Origin: Iphione sp. A-MEVVRFRX5 | Taxonomy: Eukaryota | NCBI GenBank assembly: GCA_976226885.1 | Contig: OZ320313.1 | Span: forward strand, 156,364,001-156,428,000 | Direction: 5' to 3' | DNA length: 64,000 nucleotides | In this document: positions 1 through 11,843 of the stretch, piece after piece | Numbering within the stretch: the stretch's first letter is position 1 | How the letters are laid out: every line of letters begins with the position of its first letter | The notes under the pieces: generated by a model | Seen by the model: only the letters and a program-made list of their open reading frames with translations | Database searches by the model: none | What the model was told of the DNA's origin: nothing | Translations under genes and position numbers: made by a program

Positions 1-1078
1 CTAGACAGATTTTTACACAGGATTGCTATAGAGCACTGTGAATATACAGTAGCAAATCAGATTTAAGACCACAGATAGGAATACATAACTTGCCCACTAA
101 CCATGATGTGCCTGCATTATACATGTGCAATATATATGACGAACTACGTGTATTTAGACCTCCTAATTGAGCGTCGCTCGATCTGAGTTGCTACTGCATA
201 CTGCTAGTCTCAAATTACTCTCAAATATGGTTGAAATGTTATCAGTCTTATGGCTTATATGCGCGCGTATGTATTTAAGAAACTTGCAAAATACTCATGT
301 TTAATTATACCTTGGTAAGAATGCTGACTTAATGGAACATTTACTGGGATAACCTGTCTATGACCTGCGCCTAAGCGTGCCAAGAAATATAAAGGGCAGA
401 TACTGCAGGTCGCGTGCTAGTGGTAGTAGTGCACTGGAAGCTCACTTTTTGTCAGGTATGAGCTTCAGGCAGGGTCCGAATTCTAAAACTTCGTTTTGGT
501 CACGCACCATTCCATGCAAGACAAATGTCAATCTAACGTTGCAATGTCGTGTTACTGTTGTATGTTAGATACCTATTATCGAGTTAAATGTCTCCTCGGT
601 TCTCTAAAGTCATCTTTTAAGCAGGTCAAACACCAACTATGAACAATGTTGTTGCCAATATCGGACGCCTCAATTTTCGGCCTTTACAGCCTAACGATCC
701 TCTAGCGTACAGCTTAGGGGAGGTTTGGATATTAAGCCATATATGTTTTTAAATAGATACATATGCATCCAAAATGTCTATTAAGGTCTGTAACATGATG
801 AATAACAAACACTCGCATATTAGATATTCTATGCATATGCATGGCGAGTTTCCGATTACGCACACTAAAGGCCTGACAAATGATTTTAATGGATAATTTT
901 CGCTCGCAGAAAGGTTAATATGTACAAAAGTTATAATTCACTGTTTTGGAACATTGCCTTGTGAGTCATTGCGGCTACTATAAATTTCCAGCAGATAACT
1001 GTTTTCGAATAGAAATATCTTAGCTGCTGTGTTAACACCATTCACTTAAGATAACATAATGTATGAGTCATGACTTAC

Positions 1079-1614
1079 CTATGAGTGGTACAAACTCTGA
1101 AGTAGCCGGCATGCTCTCGGCTATAAGGAGCATGAAGACGGAAAAGGCGAGAAGGACGGTGATGCCAAGTGTTATCTTCTCCCCTGAATCAGGCGGCAGC
1201 CAGAACCCAAGCAGGCTAAGGATTGTCAACCACAGGCAGGGGAAGATGATGTTGAACAGATAGTAGAGAGTACGACGCCGCATGACGATGGTGAATGTGA
1301 CGTCTGGATAGGGCTCCGAGCAGCATGGATAGAACACCTCATTTCGAAGTACTTTGATCCCGAGTAGCTCCCATTCACCACTATAGACATAGTTCTGGAG
1401 GTCCACCCTGGCTGACCTGTTAGTTACATCCACCTGGAAGCCGTCATATGTCCATGAGCCGAACTTCATCTTACATTTCTGATCGTCAAATGGGAAGTAG
1501 GTAATATCAATCTTGCACGAACTTCGCAGTTTGGCAGGAGGCGGCCAAAATACATTGCCTTCATTGGACACCATGGCTTTGCTTTGCATGAAGCCTTCCG
1601 TGAAATCATCCGCA
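1079..1614 (-). CDS. Nicotinic acetylcholine receptor alpha-type subunit, large exon (rest of ligand-binding domain, Cys-loop, loop C, TM1-TM2, start of TM3 region)
   Basis: Translates (S)ADDFTEGF...CKIDITYFPFDDQKC (Cys-loop)...WTYDG...YPCCSEPYPD (vicinal Cys of alpha subunits)...RRRTLYY...PPDSGEKITLGITVLLAF...VPLIG. Acceptor caacAG|T at 1616-1615; donor G|GTAAGT at 1078. Downstream exons lie off the left edge. Confidence 0.97.
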
Positions 1615-2017
1615 CTGTTGATCAGTTGGCCACCAGGAAAAGGCGAACCGCGCAGAACGGACCAAAAACACAAGAAGTAAAACACATAAGAAATCAGAAC
1701 TCAACACAGATTGATGACAGGAATCCACGCAAGAGGCATCAGACCTGAAGCAATTTGGGATAAGCGATTTTGAAAGACAATGCATTAGAATTCCCTCTGG
1801 CAATGTAAGAATACTGGACATTTTGTAACAAGAAGATTGCTTCATAATCCAGGAAGTACAGCCCGGTTTATCAGACATCCTTGTAATTATTCTACTTAAT
1901 ATTTTGAAATCGCCGACTTAATAAGCAATAAAACTACTTTCTGAAAGTCGGGTCTTGTTACTTTGCTGTATTCTGTTGCATCATCCAAAACACATTGTAT
2001 TGCAAAGACAGAATCAC

Positions 2018-2127
2018 CTATTGTATAAAACTATATCTGGTAACCATATCCGTTGGCACGGTATGCGAAGCACATGTAATCCATTGAATTCTTTGGGGTC
2101 CCATTTCAACCTTTCGTCTACCCATTC
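2018..2127 (-). CDS. nAChR exon (110 nt), EWVDERLKWDPKEFNGLHVLRIPCQRIWLPDIVLYN(S)
   Basis: Manual translation. Contains the W.PDIVLYN motif; CAG| acceptor and AG|GT phase-2 donor match the phase of exon 1079-1614; 110 nt is the conserved nAChR exon size. Confidence 0.96.
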
Positions 2128-3933
2128 CTGGAAGACAAAGCAAATATGCACAACCTTGGGTGATTACCTTGGCAAAGTGGAGCTGTTTGCATTAGTATAA
2201 AGATCTTTAATGACTATGAATATTTAGAGCCTAGTCTGGTTTACAGTCGTGATGAAGTAACAAAAAGACCAATAATTGTCTGCCGTCTTCGTTCTATCAT
2301 GTGAAGGTTGAGCTTGGCTATACTAATAAGCCAGAGCGTGAGCCGCTATTGAGTAGGCAGAGCCCAAGCGTGTGAGCAATTTAAGAGTAATTCGATTCAA
2401 CGGAGTTAATTGTGGCGGTCTGTTGGCTCAGCTGACGACCACCACTGGGGCTTAGGTGAGATGGCGAGCTAATGCAGATATGAGCAGCTCACGAAAGGGG
2501 CGCTCGATAGTCTCAGACGTCTGGCCAGATACAAGACAGACCCGTCAGTTGGCTGTTCTAGATGGTGGGTTTGATGTGGGTTCTCTTTGCGGGATTGGGT
2601 TGCGTTGAAGCTGATTGGAACTGGGCAAAGTTTGAATGAAAGTGTCCATTTTTTCCCGGTTTGTGGTAGATCAGTGTGGTTTAATCATACCCAAGATAGC
2701 CTACTATAAGGTCAAGTGTGAAACATGCTGAGAGTCAGAGGGTTGGCTAGGTTAAATTTGGTCTGTGAGTGGACACAGGGGGACGGATGGTATGACGCTG
2801 ATGGACATGACTACGAGTGTGGTTGAGCCACTCCATTGCGGGACCTTTTTGCCTTGTGTACAGTCAGTGTTGTTTGTAAAACTAGTGTATGGGGGTTAGT
2901 TGGTAGTGATAGAGGAAGATAAGGATAATAGCGGTAATAAAGATATCAAATAAAAACTACTCTACCCCATGTATCGTGGACATGGCCTTTGTAGAATTGG
3001 TGGGCAAAGGTTGGTAAGGGACTGCCCTTTGTACAGCGGTGGGTGTTATTTGATGAGTGAAGGAGTAGCACTTTAATTCGGAAAGCGACCCTCCTAAGCT
3101 GGAGAAGTGGTCGGGGATTTGATGGTCAGGGGGAGGACGATGGCGACTAATGGCCCCTCACAAAGGGCGATTTTGAGGAAATATTCCTCATACATATCTA
3201 CTATGGGAAGGAGAGTTTGGGACGGGGAAGCTATTTGGTAGGACTGAAGGGTGAAGGGTAGCAGGGATGATGCTAGTGCAGATTGGCAAGTTCGACCCGG
3301 CTGGGCTATACGTCGTTTGCTAGAGCGGGCGAAAGGCGCGTGAGCCGGCGCCCTCAGTTATCAGCTTCCAACCAACAACAATTACCTATTTTCACAGCCA
3401 TGGCTGCTTGTCTCCGGATATTAAACTGGCCCTAGCCACTGGCCGGCTGCTAGGCGAGCTAGGCCTGATACCCTCTAACAGGCGCTGAATGTGAGATTCA
3501 TATCTGACCTCGGAGGCATTCGGGGGTAATTGTAAAACCCCACTTGGTGCTGCCCTCTTTCCAGCCATGCCATTCAGCGACTAACAACCTGGCTATAATA
3601 TGCCGGCCGACTTGCATTAAATTATACAAACATAACACAAATCTGCCATTGCAGGACAAAACAATGTGGAGTTAGGAGCAGAGGATGCATAATCCGGACT
3701 GAATGTAAAACCCCATCGTCCTGGGAGGATTTAGTGCTGACTAAGCCGGAGCTATAGTAGTAAAGGAAATTGTTCTCTACAGCTGCCTTTGTTTAGCCGT
3801 AATATATTGATAGCATATCGGAAGACGGGGTAGTATTGTACCAGAGATAAACGAGAAGGAGGAAATAAATATTAGACTTTATGCATTCAAGCGCATTACG
3901 GTGGATGTATTCAATTGAATTGTTGGTACGCAC

Positions 3934-3978
3934 CTGTTCCAGCCAAACGTTAGTCGTTAACACTTGATTCACCTCGTC
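3934..3978 (-). CDS. nAChR exon (45 nt), DEVNQVLTTNVWLEQ
   Basis: Manual translation. Acceptor attttattttAG|, donor CAG|GTGCG, phase 0/0; conserved 45-nt nAChR exon. Confidence 0.96.
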
Positions 3979-4445
3979 CTAAAATAAAATGTTTTAACAC
4001 TTAATACTGCCTCTATATTCAATGGAATCCATATTATGTGAATACAATAGCACCTGTTACTATCATTATCAGTTCCGTTATTCACAATCCTGCTCACATG
4101 GCTCCGATAAGAAAAGTGATCGATGATGTGTAGAATATTCACTATTGAAAGTTGGTATGCTTCAATTACACGTCAAATCAAACAGCACAAGGTAACAATA
4201 TCCTAGATACTAACTACTTGACATTACATACATATGTGTGTGCACGACAACATACTACCACTTTACAAAAGCACATCGAATCTACACAAATGGAACACGC
4301 GTGCATACTTGAAGCACAATATTTACAAATGCCCCGGTACAATGACGTCTGTATGGGCCGGGAGGGGGAGGCTGTTCGTCAACTGGGTATTGGCGTCAGA
4401 TGAACTTATTCAAAAAGCAGAACATATCAGCAGTGTCCTACATAC

Positions 4446-4621
4446 CATATCAGCTATTTGCGTCAGAGTGAAACCAAACTGAACAGTGACTTTGTTGGAG
4501 GCATTGTAAACGGGCCTGGCCGCCGTGTCGTAGTTGTAAAGGATCTGCCGCAAGAGGCGCTGCTCATCGGGCAGCTCAATCCTGCGCCGGGGCCCGCCTT
4601 CAGTCTCGCCACCATCACCGC
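4446..4621 (-). CDS. nAChR N-terminal exon, proximal variant: (G)GDGGETEGGPRRRIELPDEQRLLRQILYNYDTAARPVYNASNKVTVQFGFTLTQIADM
   Basis: DEQRL...NYD..RPV...F.LTQI.DM is the standard nAChR helix-1/beta-1 segment. Donor ATG|GTATG at 4445. The 5' boundary is inferred from the pyrimidine tract ttgtttacgctttacaactcAG (phase 1) and is less certain. Confidence 0.9.
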
Positions 4622-6289
4622 CTGAGTTGTAAAGCGTAAACAAATGAGCGGCTCCCCATACCACGTGTGAGCTACCCGAGATAGCCTGCTGACCTGAGAT
4701 CACTGGGCAACCTGCCTACACTGGTGGTACGCTGGATAAGAAGTATGGGTACGCACCTCGTGTTGATAGGTTGATGCGATAGGAGCACGCTGGTTAAGGA
4801 AGAACACAGGTGGACAACTCGGGGTAGGATTACTTGTAAGGGATGAGCAGGGATCGGAATCAGTATAATGGTGGATGAGTAAGGTACGATTAGCTTTGAA
4901 AATATTCAGACTATTTGGTAGGATTGTCTCCGTGGAACCCTAGAAATAAAGCCTGCAATGTATTAATGATTGATGGGAGCAAATGCAGGAGAAGATGATG
5001 ATGTGGATGAGTTCAGGGTGCCTGTATATGGTGGGTTGCTCTAGCATATAATTCGCATTGAAAATGATAAGGTCCATTTGCTGAAATCATCCCTGCTGAA
5101 TTCTAGATATAAAGTCTACATAAGGATGAAAAAAAGAGGAATGTAAATGACCAATGGGTATGTGTATTATCCGCACATCCCTAATCCTTCATTATTACAA
5201 GGGATTACAATTTGTTCTTTACTGAGTAGACCCGAAGCTACCTGCATTTGCAATAAACACAAGCGTCAGAGTATATAATTTTTACACAATGCAAAAATTA
5301 GACTGTCACCTCTGGATTCTTTAGATGTAATATTTTTCACATAGTTGTTCTTTGGGTAACTTTTAACAATCGTTGCCTGATGTGCTTTTTCTTACAATAA
5401 CCTGTTCCAAATCTACTGAGTTCGTTGATAGTGATGATAGTGAACAAATTTTGTATTTGTCTTTCTGTTTGCGTCAGTGTAATGTTCTATAGAGGACAAT
5501 TTCAGAACACTACACGCGAGTTAAGTGCAAGTCTCACAAGTAGAGTATCGCTCAAAGCCTTACGAAAAGTAGCCGCACTGTGGTGGACATGTATCTGATA
5601 TGTAGAAGGGCGAAGTAATCTTGGTTCTAATACGGAAATGTCCCAGTAGATGAAAAAAGACATAAGGCAAACACGTTTCTGCGGAAGGGCATGTAAATGA
5701 AACCGCCAAAGTCTGATAGATGCACGTTTTGTGGACATTAGGAGCAGATTAGCATAGCTGAAAGTGAAATTATAGCCCACATTAATACGTTTATCAGGAA
5801 GACTAGCGAGAAATACACGAGATCTACAACGATCCATACCAGGTATCTGCTTCCGAGTAAAAAGGATCTGTTTGAGTAATCTGGAACACCCCTTGAAAAG
5901 GAATTATTTCAACAGTATAAGCTCATACAGTGGAAGGGGATATGTCTTGTCGGTATTTATGACATGTTGTCAGGGCAGTGGGAATGTCGGGGTGTTTCTG
6001 AATAATTCACATCAAACTCATGTATCGTGGCTGTTTCTCGTCAGCACAACCTGAAACAGCATTGCGTCGAGCACAGTCAAGCATTTAAAACAGGAGCATG
6101 CAAACCCTCACACGGAGTGCTATACAACACACAAGCAAAGCGACATGCTTTTCACGGTTGTGGTGGTTCTATTGACTCACGGGCCTTTGTTACGGGAACG
6201 GTAAAGCTCGCCACCAGCCTATAAACCTACAGTGTCATGCAAAAAGGTTTGAGGAAGGGATCTGGGAAGACCTGCAGGGACTAACTTAC

Positions 6290-6426
6290 CATATCGGAGA
6301 TTTGAGTGAGCGTTAAGCCAAATTTGACTGTTACAACATGGGAGGCGTTAAAGACTGGTCTGGAAGCCGGCTCGTAATTGATGAGGAGCTTGGTCATGAG
6401 CCGCTGCTCGTCCGGCACGCAGCACT
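6290..6426 (-). CDS. nAChR N-terminal exon, distal variant: (E)CCVPDEQRLMTKLLINYEPASRPVFNASHVVTVKFGLTLTQISDM
   Basis: Not in the ORF track; manual translation. Clear paralog of 4446-4621, with no stops, donor ATG|GTAAGT at 6289 and acceptor ctaactcttgtAG (phase 1). Confidence 0.9.
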
Positions 6427-7520
6427 CTACAAGAGTTAGTGGGTTAATCCTGGGACACATCTCACAACTCCACCAGTCACCCTTTTACAGATTTTAACAG
6501 TCTATTGGGCTAATGCTCAGTCGTCCTGAGAGACGTCCAGGTGTGACTGTCATGTTAAAACCCCGTTCGTCAAATTGGCGTCCAGGCAAATTGCCATGTT
6601 TGATGGAGATGAGTTGAAGGGGCCGGGTAAAACACTTGTTTTAACCGTTTTGTTGTTAAAGGAATATCAAATAATGATGTAGTCTTGATTCAATCAGCGA
6701 TTCAAACGTAAAAGCAAGAACATGGAGTAATATACCTAGTCAATTCGAATTGGTTAGTTGGTTTAAGGAGACATTTTAAAAATGGGAGGAAAACTATAAT
6801 GTTCACGTTTTGGACTCATGTCAAAAATATCAGATTGGTTTCTCAGACCGGGGTATTATCATTTTCAGTAATCGGGTGTCGTACTATTACAGAGATGATG
6901 AATACCAGGTTGCAGTATTAGGGTAGTAAAAAGAGACGACACCGTTGATTGGTTAAGATCTATGCCGGAGAGATAGGCCATTAGCTTATAGTTTACTGCC
7001 ATGAATACGACCATAAAATCTTTAGCAATCAAGGTAATTCCAATCAGGCATGGCGTTAGTGCTATGGGTGCTGTGAGATCGGACAGATACTTCGGATCGA
7101 TAACGGAAGGCTTCCAAGAATTAAAGAGGACACACAGGTTCTGTTTCTTTAGACCTTAACCTAATGATAAAAAATTGAATGGGACAGGCAGCATTAGAAA
7201 GGATTAACCTTTAACATATTCGTGTAAATAATTGTTACAATCTTAGTTACACTATTATGAACCTAGAGTTCATCAAAAGATCAACTAGTATAATCTATAG
7301 CAGTAAACTATGATACTAGATATTATATACACATAATATATATAAATATTTATATGCATACGTGTAACACATGTAAAGTGAAGCTTTATACACGAACCTG
7401 TTTACGAAATGTAAACTTCAGACATTTTAGAACTGGTAGTATGAGGATCCTGAAACCTTTTGGGGATCTAGGGATCGTTATAGGAGCACAAGGTGGCACA
7501 AGCAAGAAAGCAAGCCTTAC

Positions 7521-7607
7521 CATTCTCCAAATTTAATCTCGATCTTTTCCCACCTCCCTGCTGTTGTTTATTTATCAGGTGTTTCTGCTGGTTCAGCCGG
7601 CCTCCCC
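7521..7607 (-). CDS. Candidate 87-nt phase-1/1 nAChR upstream exon, (G)GGRLNQQKHLINKQQQGGGKRSRLNLEN
   Basis: Acceptor gtctcttgttgcttgccctcAG, donor AATG|GTAAGG, open frame, phase-compatible with both N-terminal exons. No homology evidence. Confidence 0.4.
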
Positions 7608-9209
7608 CTGAGGGCAAGCAACAAGAGACGCGTGAAGTGATAGGACAGAGACGCTGCCCCACGCGGGGCTTGAGGCACCACCGCTCAGTGTGTATATTTC
7701 ATGCTTGTCCTGCATGCTCCATTCCATCCCTATTTATTAGCAGTAACGGTAGTTATTTGAACAAGATGCCAGAGGCTTACTTGGATGTACAGGCTGGATT
7801 TTCTGGACACTCCCTGTCAAAAACTATTTTGTTAATCGCTTAGGATTATCCTATTATCTTACATGTGTTAGCTTACAAAGTTGGTTACAGCACATCAATT
7901 TATATCAATATACATGTAGGTGGAACCGTATTATATAATAGCAAATGCAGGCGAATGTATGTGTTAATAAAACGATACTATTAAGAGCTACAATTTACAA
8001 CATTAAAACTAACAGGGGTACAAAATTAAGAAACAGAGAAAACTGTATTATCTACATTCTACACATCGCTCTAGAGCATTGACCTCCACGACAGAATGGC
8101 TCGAAAAAAAAATCTACTTCCAGTTCCGTATTAACCGACGCATGCCGGAAATGACCCACTCCCGAACCTGTTTACCTATTGTGGAGTTGGCTCCATCAGA
8201 ATTAGTCCCTGGCGGCCAACGAGAGCGCGCCTGGTGTTAATGCCGGATCTTGCTCTAAGGTGGTAGGAAATGCTGGCCCTGGTCTTAATCGTATATAGAA
8301 ATCAAGAGAGACCTACTATAGCTACTACTGGCTTTCGATGAAAGTAATGAGGGCAGAACCTAATGCGTACAGAATAGTTTACAAACAGCCAATAGCAACA
8401 TGCACATATGTGGAAGTTACAGTGGAAGTTGTGCAAAGCGTCGGGAGACTTAAGTCTGTGGAAGCAAAAAAAAAAGAAACCGGCGTTTCCTTCTTAAAAT
8501 AAGTAAAACAATATATGATTCTCACATACTGAAAAGACGGAAGGCGAAAGGAATCGATTACACAATATGAATTCTACAAACAAAAATAAGCAAAAGTGGT
8601 CAATGATAACGTCACGTTCTCTCTCCTTCACGCCCACTAGCGCTCTCCTTCTTGATAATCCATTCTCTTTCACTCTTTGAACGATGAAATGCCCTACCTG
8701 GAGAGCGGATCTAATGAGACATAATGACTACAACGACAGAGGGAGCTGTTTCAGACGACAGCAGTGTAAACGTTACACGTGTAAAGGGAATGACCATACC
8801 CTTGCCTCTCCTCCTGTAAACGCCGGCTGCCGAGGGAGGGAGAGAAAGCCATAACACAATGAGTCACTCAGTTCTGGCTTTTATAAGCAAACCTTTGATG
8901 TGTATCACCCAAGATAGCGTGCAATCGAGAAGAGTCGGGCTGCGGATCCGATTGGGTTGGAGTCCCGGCGCTGGTTAGTTAGGCAGTGCGCCAAGATTGC
9001 CGGTGGGTGGCACTAATGGTCCCAACGCATTATTATCAAAGTGAGAAAGGCCCTGTCTTGAAAGACCGGAAAGACCCATGGGGGAGAACGACGGGTATTT
9101 CCATGGAGAAATGTTGACAGTTTAATGGCCGTGAAAGCTAGAGCTTTCATAGGGCCAGAGGCTTTTAATTCCACGGGGATGAAAGCTGGGTCTTTACCGG
9201 ACTGATTAC

Positions 9210-9265
9210 CGTGTTTCCGTGCAAGAACGCAAATTATCATGAGGAAGAACACCTGTGCTGTCCTG
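9210..9265 (-). CDS. Weak candidate exon encoding a signal-peptide-like hydrophobic stretch, RTAQVFFLMIICVLARKH
   Basis: Long pyrimidine tract plus CCAG|CAG acceptor; phase-1 donor CACG|GTAATC. No in-frame upstream ATG in the genomic sequence. Confidence 0.2.
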
Positions 9266-10535
9266 CTGGAAAGGTGAAAGTGTAATAGGTAGGACAAGTT
9301 GCTTTTTCCGAGGAAAAATCTCCGTTAAAGGTCAATTCATCACGTGAAAGACATGTTATTTTGATAAGAATAGGGACGGTAAACTTTCATCGATAGGCCA
9401 GCTAGTCTGATGTTGGATAAACACGAGCGATTCTTTTCTCTGCAAAATGCTCTACCAGAAAACAAAACTTAGACTGGCTTGATATTCAATGGCACCCCAC
9501 CCGGCTGAGCTGCGTAACTGAACAGGTTTTTACGCATAATTTGATAAATTGTAAGAAAGGAACATCGTTGTCGGCGAGTTTACTTTCTGTTGTGATACTT
9601 TAGAGTCATCGATTATAAAAACTAAGAATTAGTTCATTTTGAGGTATTTAATGATCTAATTAGGATTCAAATCCGATTAATTTGTAAATAACGTCTAATG
9701 AAACGTGGGCGAATAGATTTAATCACCATGCGTGTTATTTACGTAAATTATAGGAATTAAATAAATGATTAGAATGTCAGTCGTTCGCTGGTATTTCTGA
9801 ATGAAATTAATAATGCATCCCGAAATGTCTAGATGGAGTTCAGACATGGAATAAAGTCATTTAGTGAATTAAAACATTCCGATGTCTTGAATAAACATCC
9901 AATACTTGCACAGTTAATCTCTTGATTTTACATGAAAAATACATATAATTAAATCAAAGCTTTTTCAATTCTTAATATCACAAACAACGAGTAAAGGACT
10001 ATTATCACATGATAGTTGTATTTTACAAATGAACCGTATGAACTAATACTTGACGAAGGCGTTTCTACCCCCAAATCATAAGGGTCTGTAGACTGTATGG
10101 AAAGATTAATTTGTTAACAAGAGCCACTCAGAACACTTGGCAGAGGGATTACTCACTGGCTTTGGCTGCCGTGCAAACAGCGATTGCGACCATGCCAGTG
10201 TACATCATAAACAGAATCCTCCGTGACAGGTACATTCTTCAGGCGTGGTGGTCGAACCTGCAAAAGGCAAAAGGAACAGTTCGAACGGTTCGGCCAAACT
10301 TTCCACATTTGAAAAAAAACATGTCGCAGGATTCCTTCAGATTAATGCCATTTAGAGTGATTTAAAGCCTGGTTTCAACCTTGGGAACTTGAATACTTTA
10401 CATTCTTGGTGAGCTAGTGACCAGAATTCTGATTGACGTGTACTACGAATCTTTTATTTAAAACATGGCTTTATAAAGGTTGTTATATAAACGGGCGCGA
10501 AATATACAATGCAGCAGCAGTTACTATAACGGTTA

Positions 10536-10895
10536 GGTCAAAAGAATTAGGTGTGTTTCTGGTAACCCACCCTAGTAAAACCTTACCCTACCAAAACATT
10601 TTTTGTCCTCAAAGGGTTTCCAAGGTTAAATATCCTTATATACTTGTTTTTGCAGCACATATTTTTAGTAAATTCAGCAGAAAAACAGCAAAGTCCATGG
10701 AATTTCAGCAAAGAACTGTGAAACTCATGCAAATTGGTCAAAATTCTTCATAATATCTTTATTATTGTTGAAAAACAGAAGAAGAAAGTGGAAAAGAATT
10801 ATTAAAAAGAAAAGATACACCCCTCCCTACGTAGGTTTTTGACTGTCGTTACCAAACACATACATGCATTTTTTTTTTTTTTTGGGGGGGGGGCC
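10536..10895. mobile_element. MITE / non-autonomous DNA transposon, family copy 1 (~360 bp)
   Basis: Imperfect TIRs (gtgtttctggtaac near both ends), flanks TTA|GG...CC|TTA. Reverse-complement homolog at 23846-24189; ends shared with 34043-35841. Confidence 0.75.
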
Positions 10896-11830
10896 TTATT
10901 TCGAAATCTGTGTGGCTGCAAATTCCTTTCACTTTCATGTATGTATACAGTGGTCCCCCCTATCTGACATTTTTGGTTCCTTAAAATTTTGGCAGATATG
11001 TGAGATTTGTCAGATTTGAAAACATTTTTAATTGATTTTTCACATTTGATTCCTGGAAACTCCATCGGAAAAGCAGTATTGTCGGTTAAGAGGCTGTTGG
11101 TTAAGGGGGGATCACATGTAAATACATATATGTTTTACTGATTTATTCCTCAGATGTACCCTATTTATCCATGCTCCTATTACTTATAATAATACAGTAG
11201 ATACCGGGTTAAAGACCAAAATGATATCGCCGATGTTTAAATATTGATTAGTCTCTTCTATATACCCTTGGCAATTTCTAAACACTGCCCCGAAACATCA
11301 ATGGCACTCTTGCTCGATCGGATATTTACGCCCTTTGCTGTATATAGTTTGAGAAATTCATATCAAGAAGGGTTGACAAAATCTGGTGATGAGCTTCGTC
11401 GTATGGGTAATATCGAAACCCTATCTGTGTTTCCATTAATTTGCTGTAATGTACGTTATTGATCTTGCGCTCTACGCTGAGAGTGTAATATGTGTAATGT
11501 ATGTACATAAGCCGACTAGGCCTCTATACAGACGTGTAACATGTTTCTCAAGAATTCAAAGGTGTGCGTTCCTTACGAGAAGAAGGCAAATAAAACGCCG
11601 AGAGAAAACCCATAGCGACTTGATTCTGAGTACAAAGGGACCATCGAGTGGTTCCTACCTTTAAGTACCCTTCCTCCTTACATCTTTCTTGCTCCCCTAG
11701 TGCCACGATCGATGCCTGTGTGCTAGTTGTTGCCGCCTCATCTGGAGCCCCAATCGATCGCTTTGTTCACCCGATCCGTCCCCTGCTTAATTGAAAGATC
11801 GACTGCTTTTTGACCCCACCTTCCACGGCC

Positions 11831-11843
11831 GCGCCTCTAGCGG
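11831..11843 (-). promoter_or_regulatory. Weak CTCF-like motif CCGCTAGAGGCGC
   Basis: One G shorter than the CCGCTAGAGGGCGC-type core; same orientation as the motifs at 22179 and 26762. Confidence 0.2.

Noticed and set aside
2850-3050. AATAAA plus PBS-like cagcggtggg, suggesting an old LTR
   Set aside because: No second LTR, terminal repeat or coding remnant could be identified.
6906-6981. ATG-initiated phase-1 candidate first exon MAYLSGIDLNQSTVSSLFTTLILQP
   Set aside because: Weak hydrophobic core and weak donor (GTATTC); such candidates are expected by chance.
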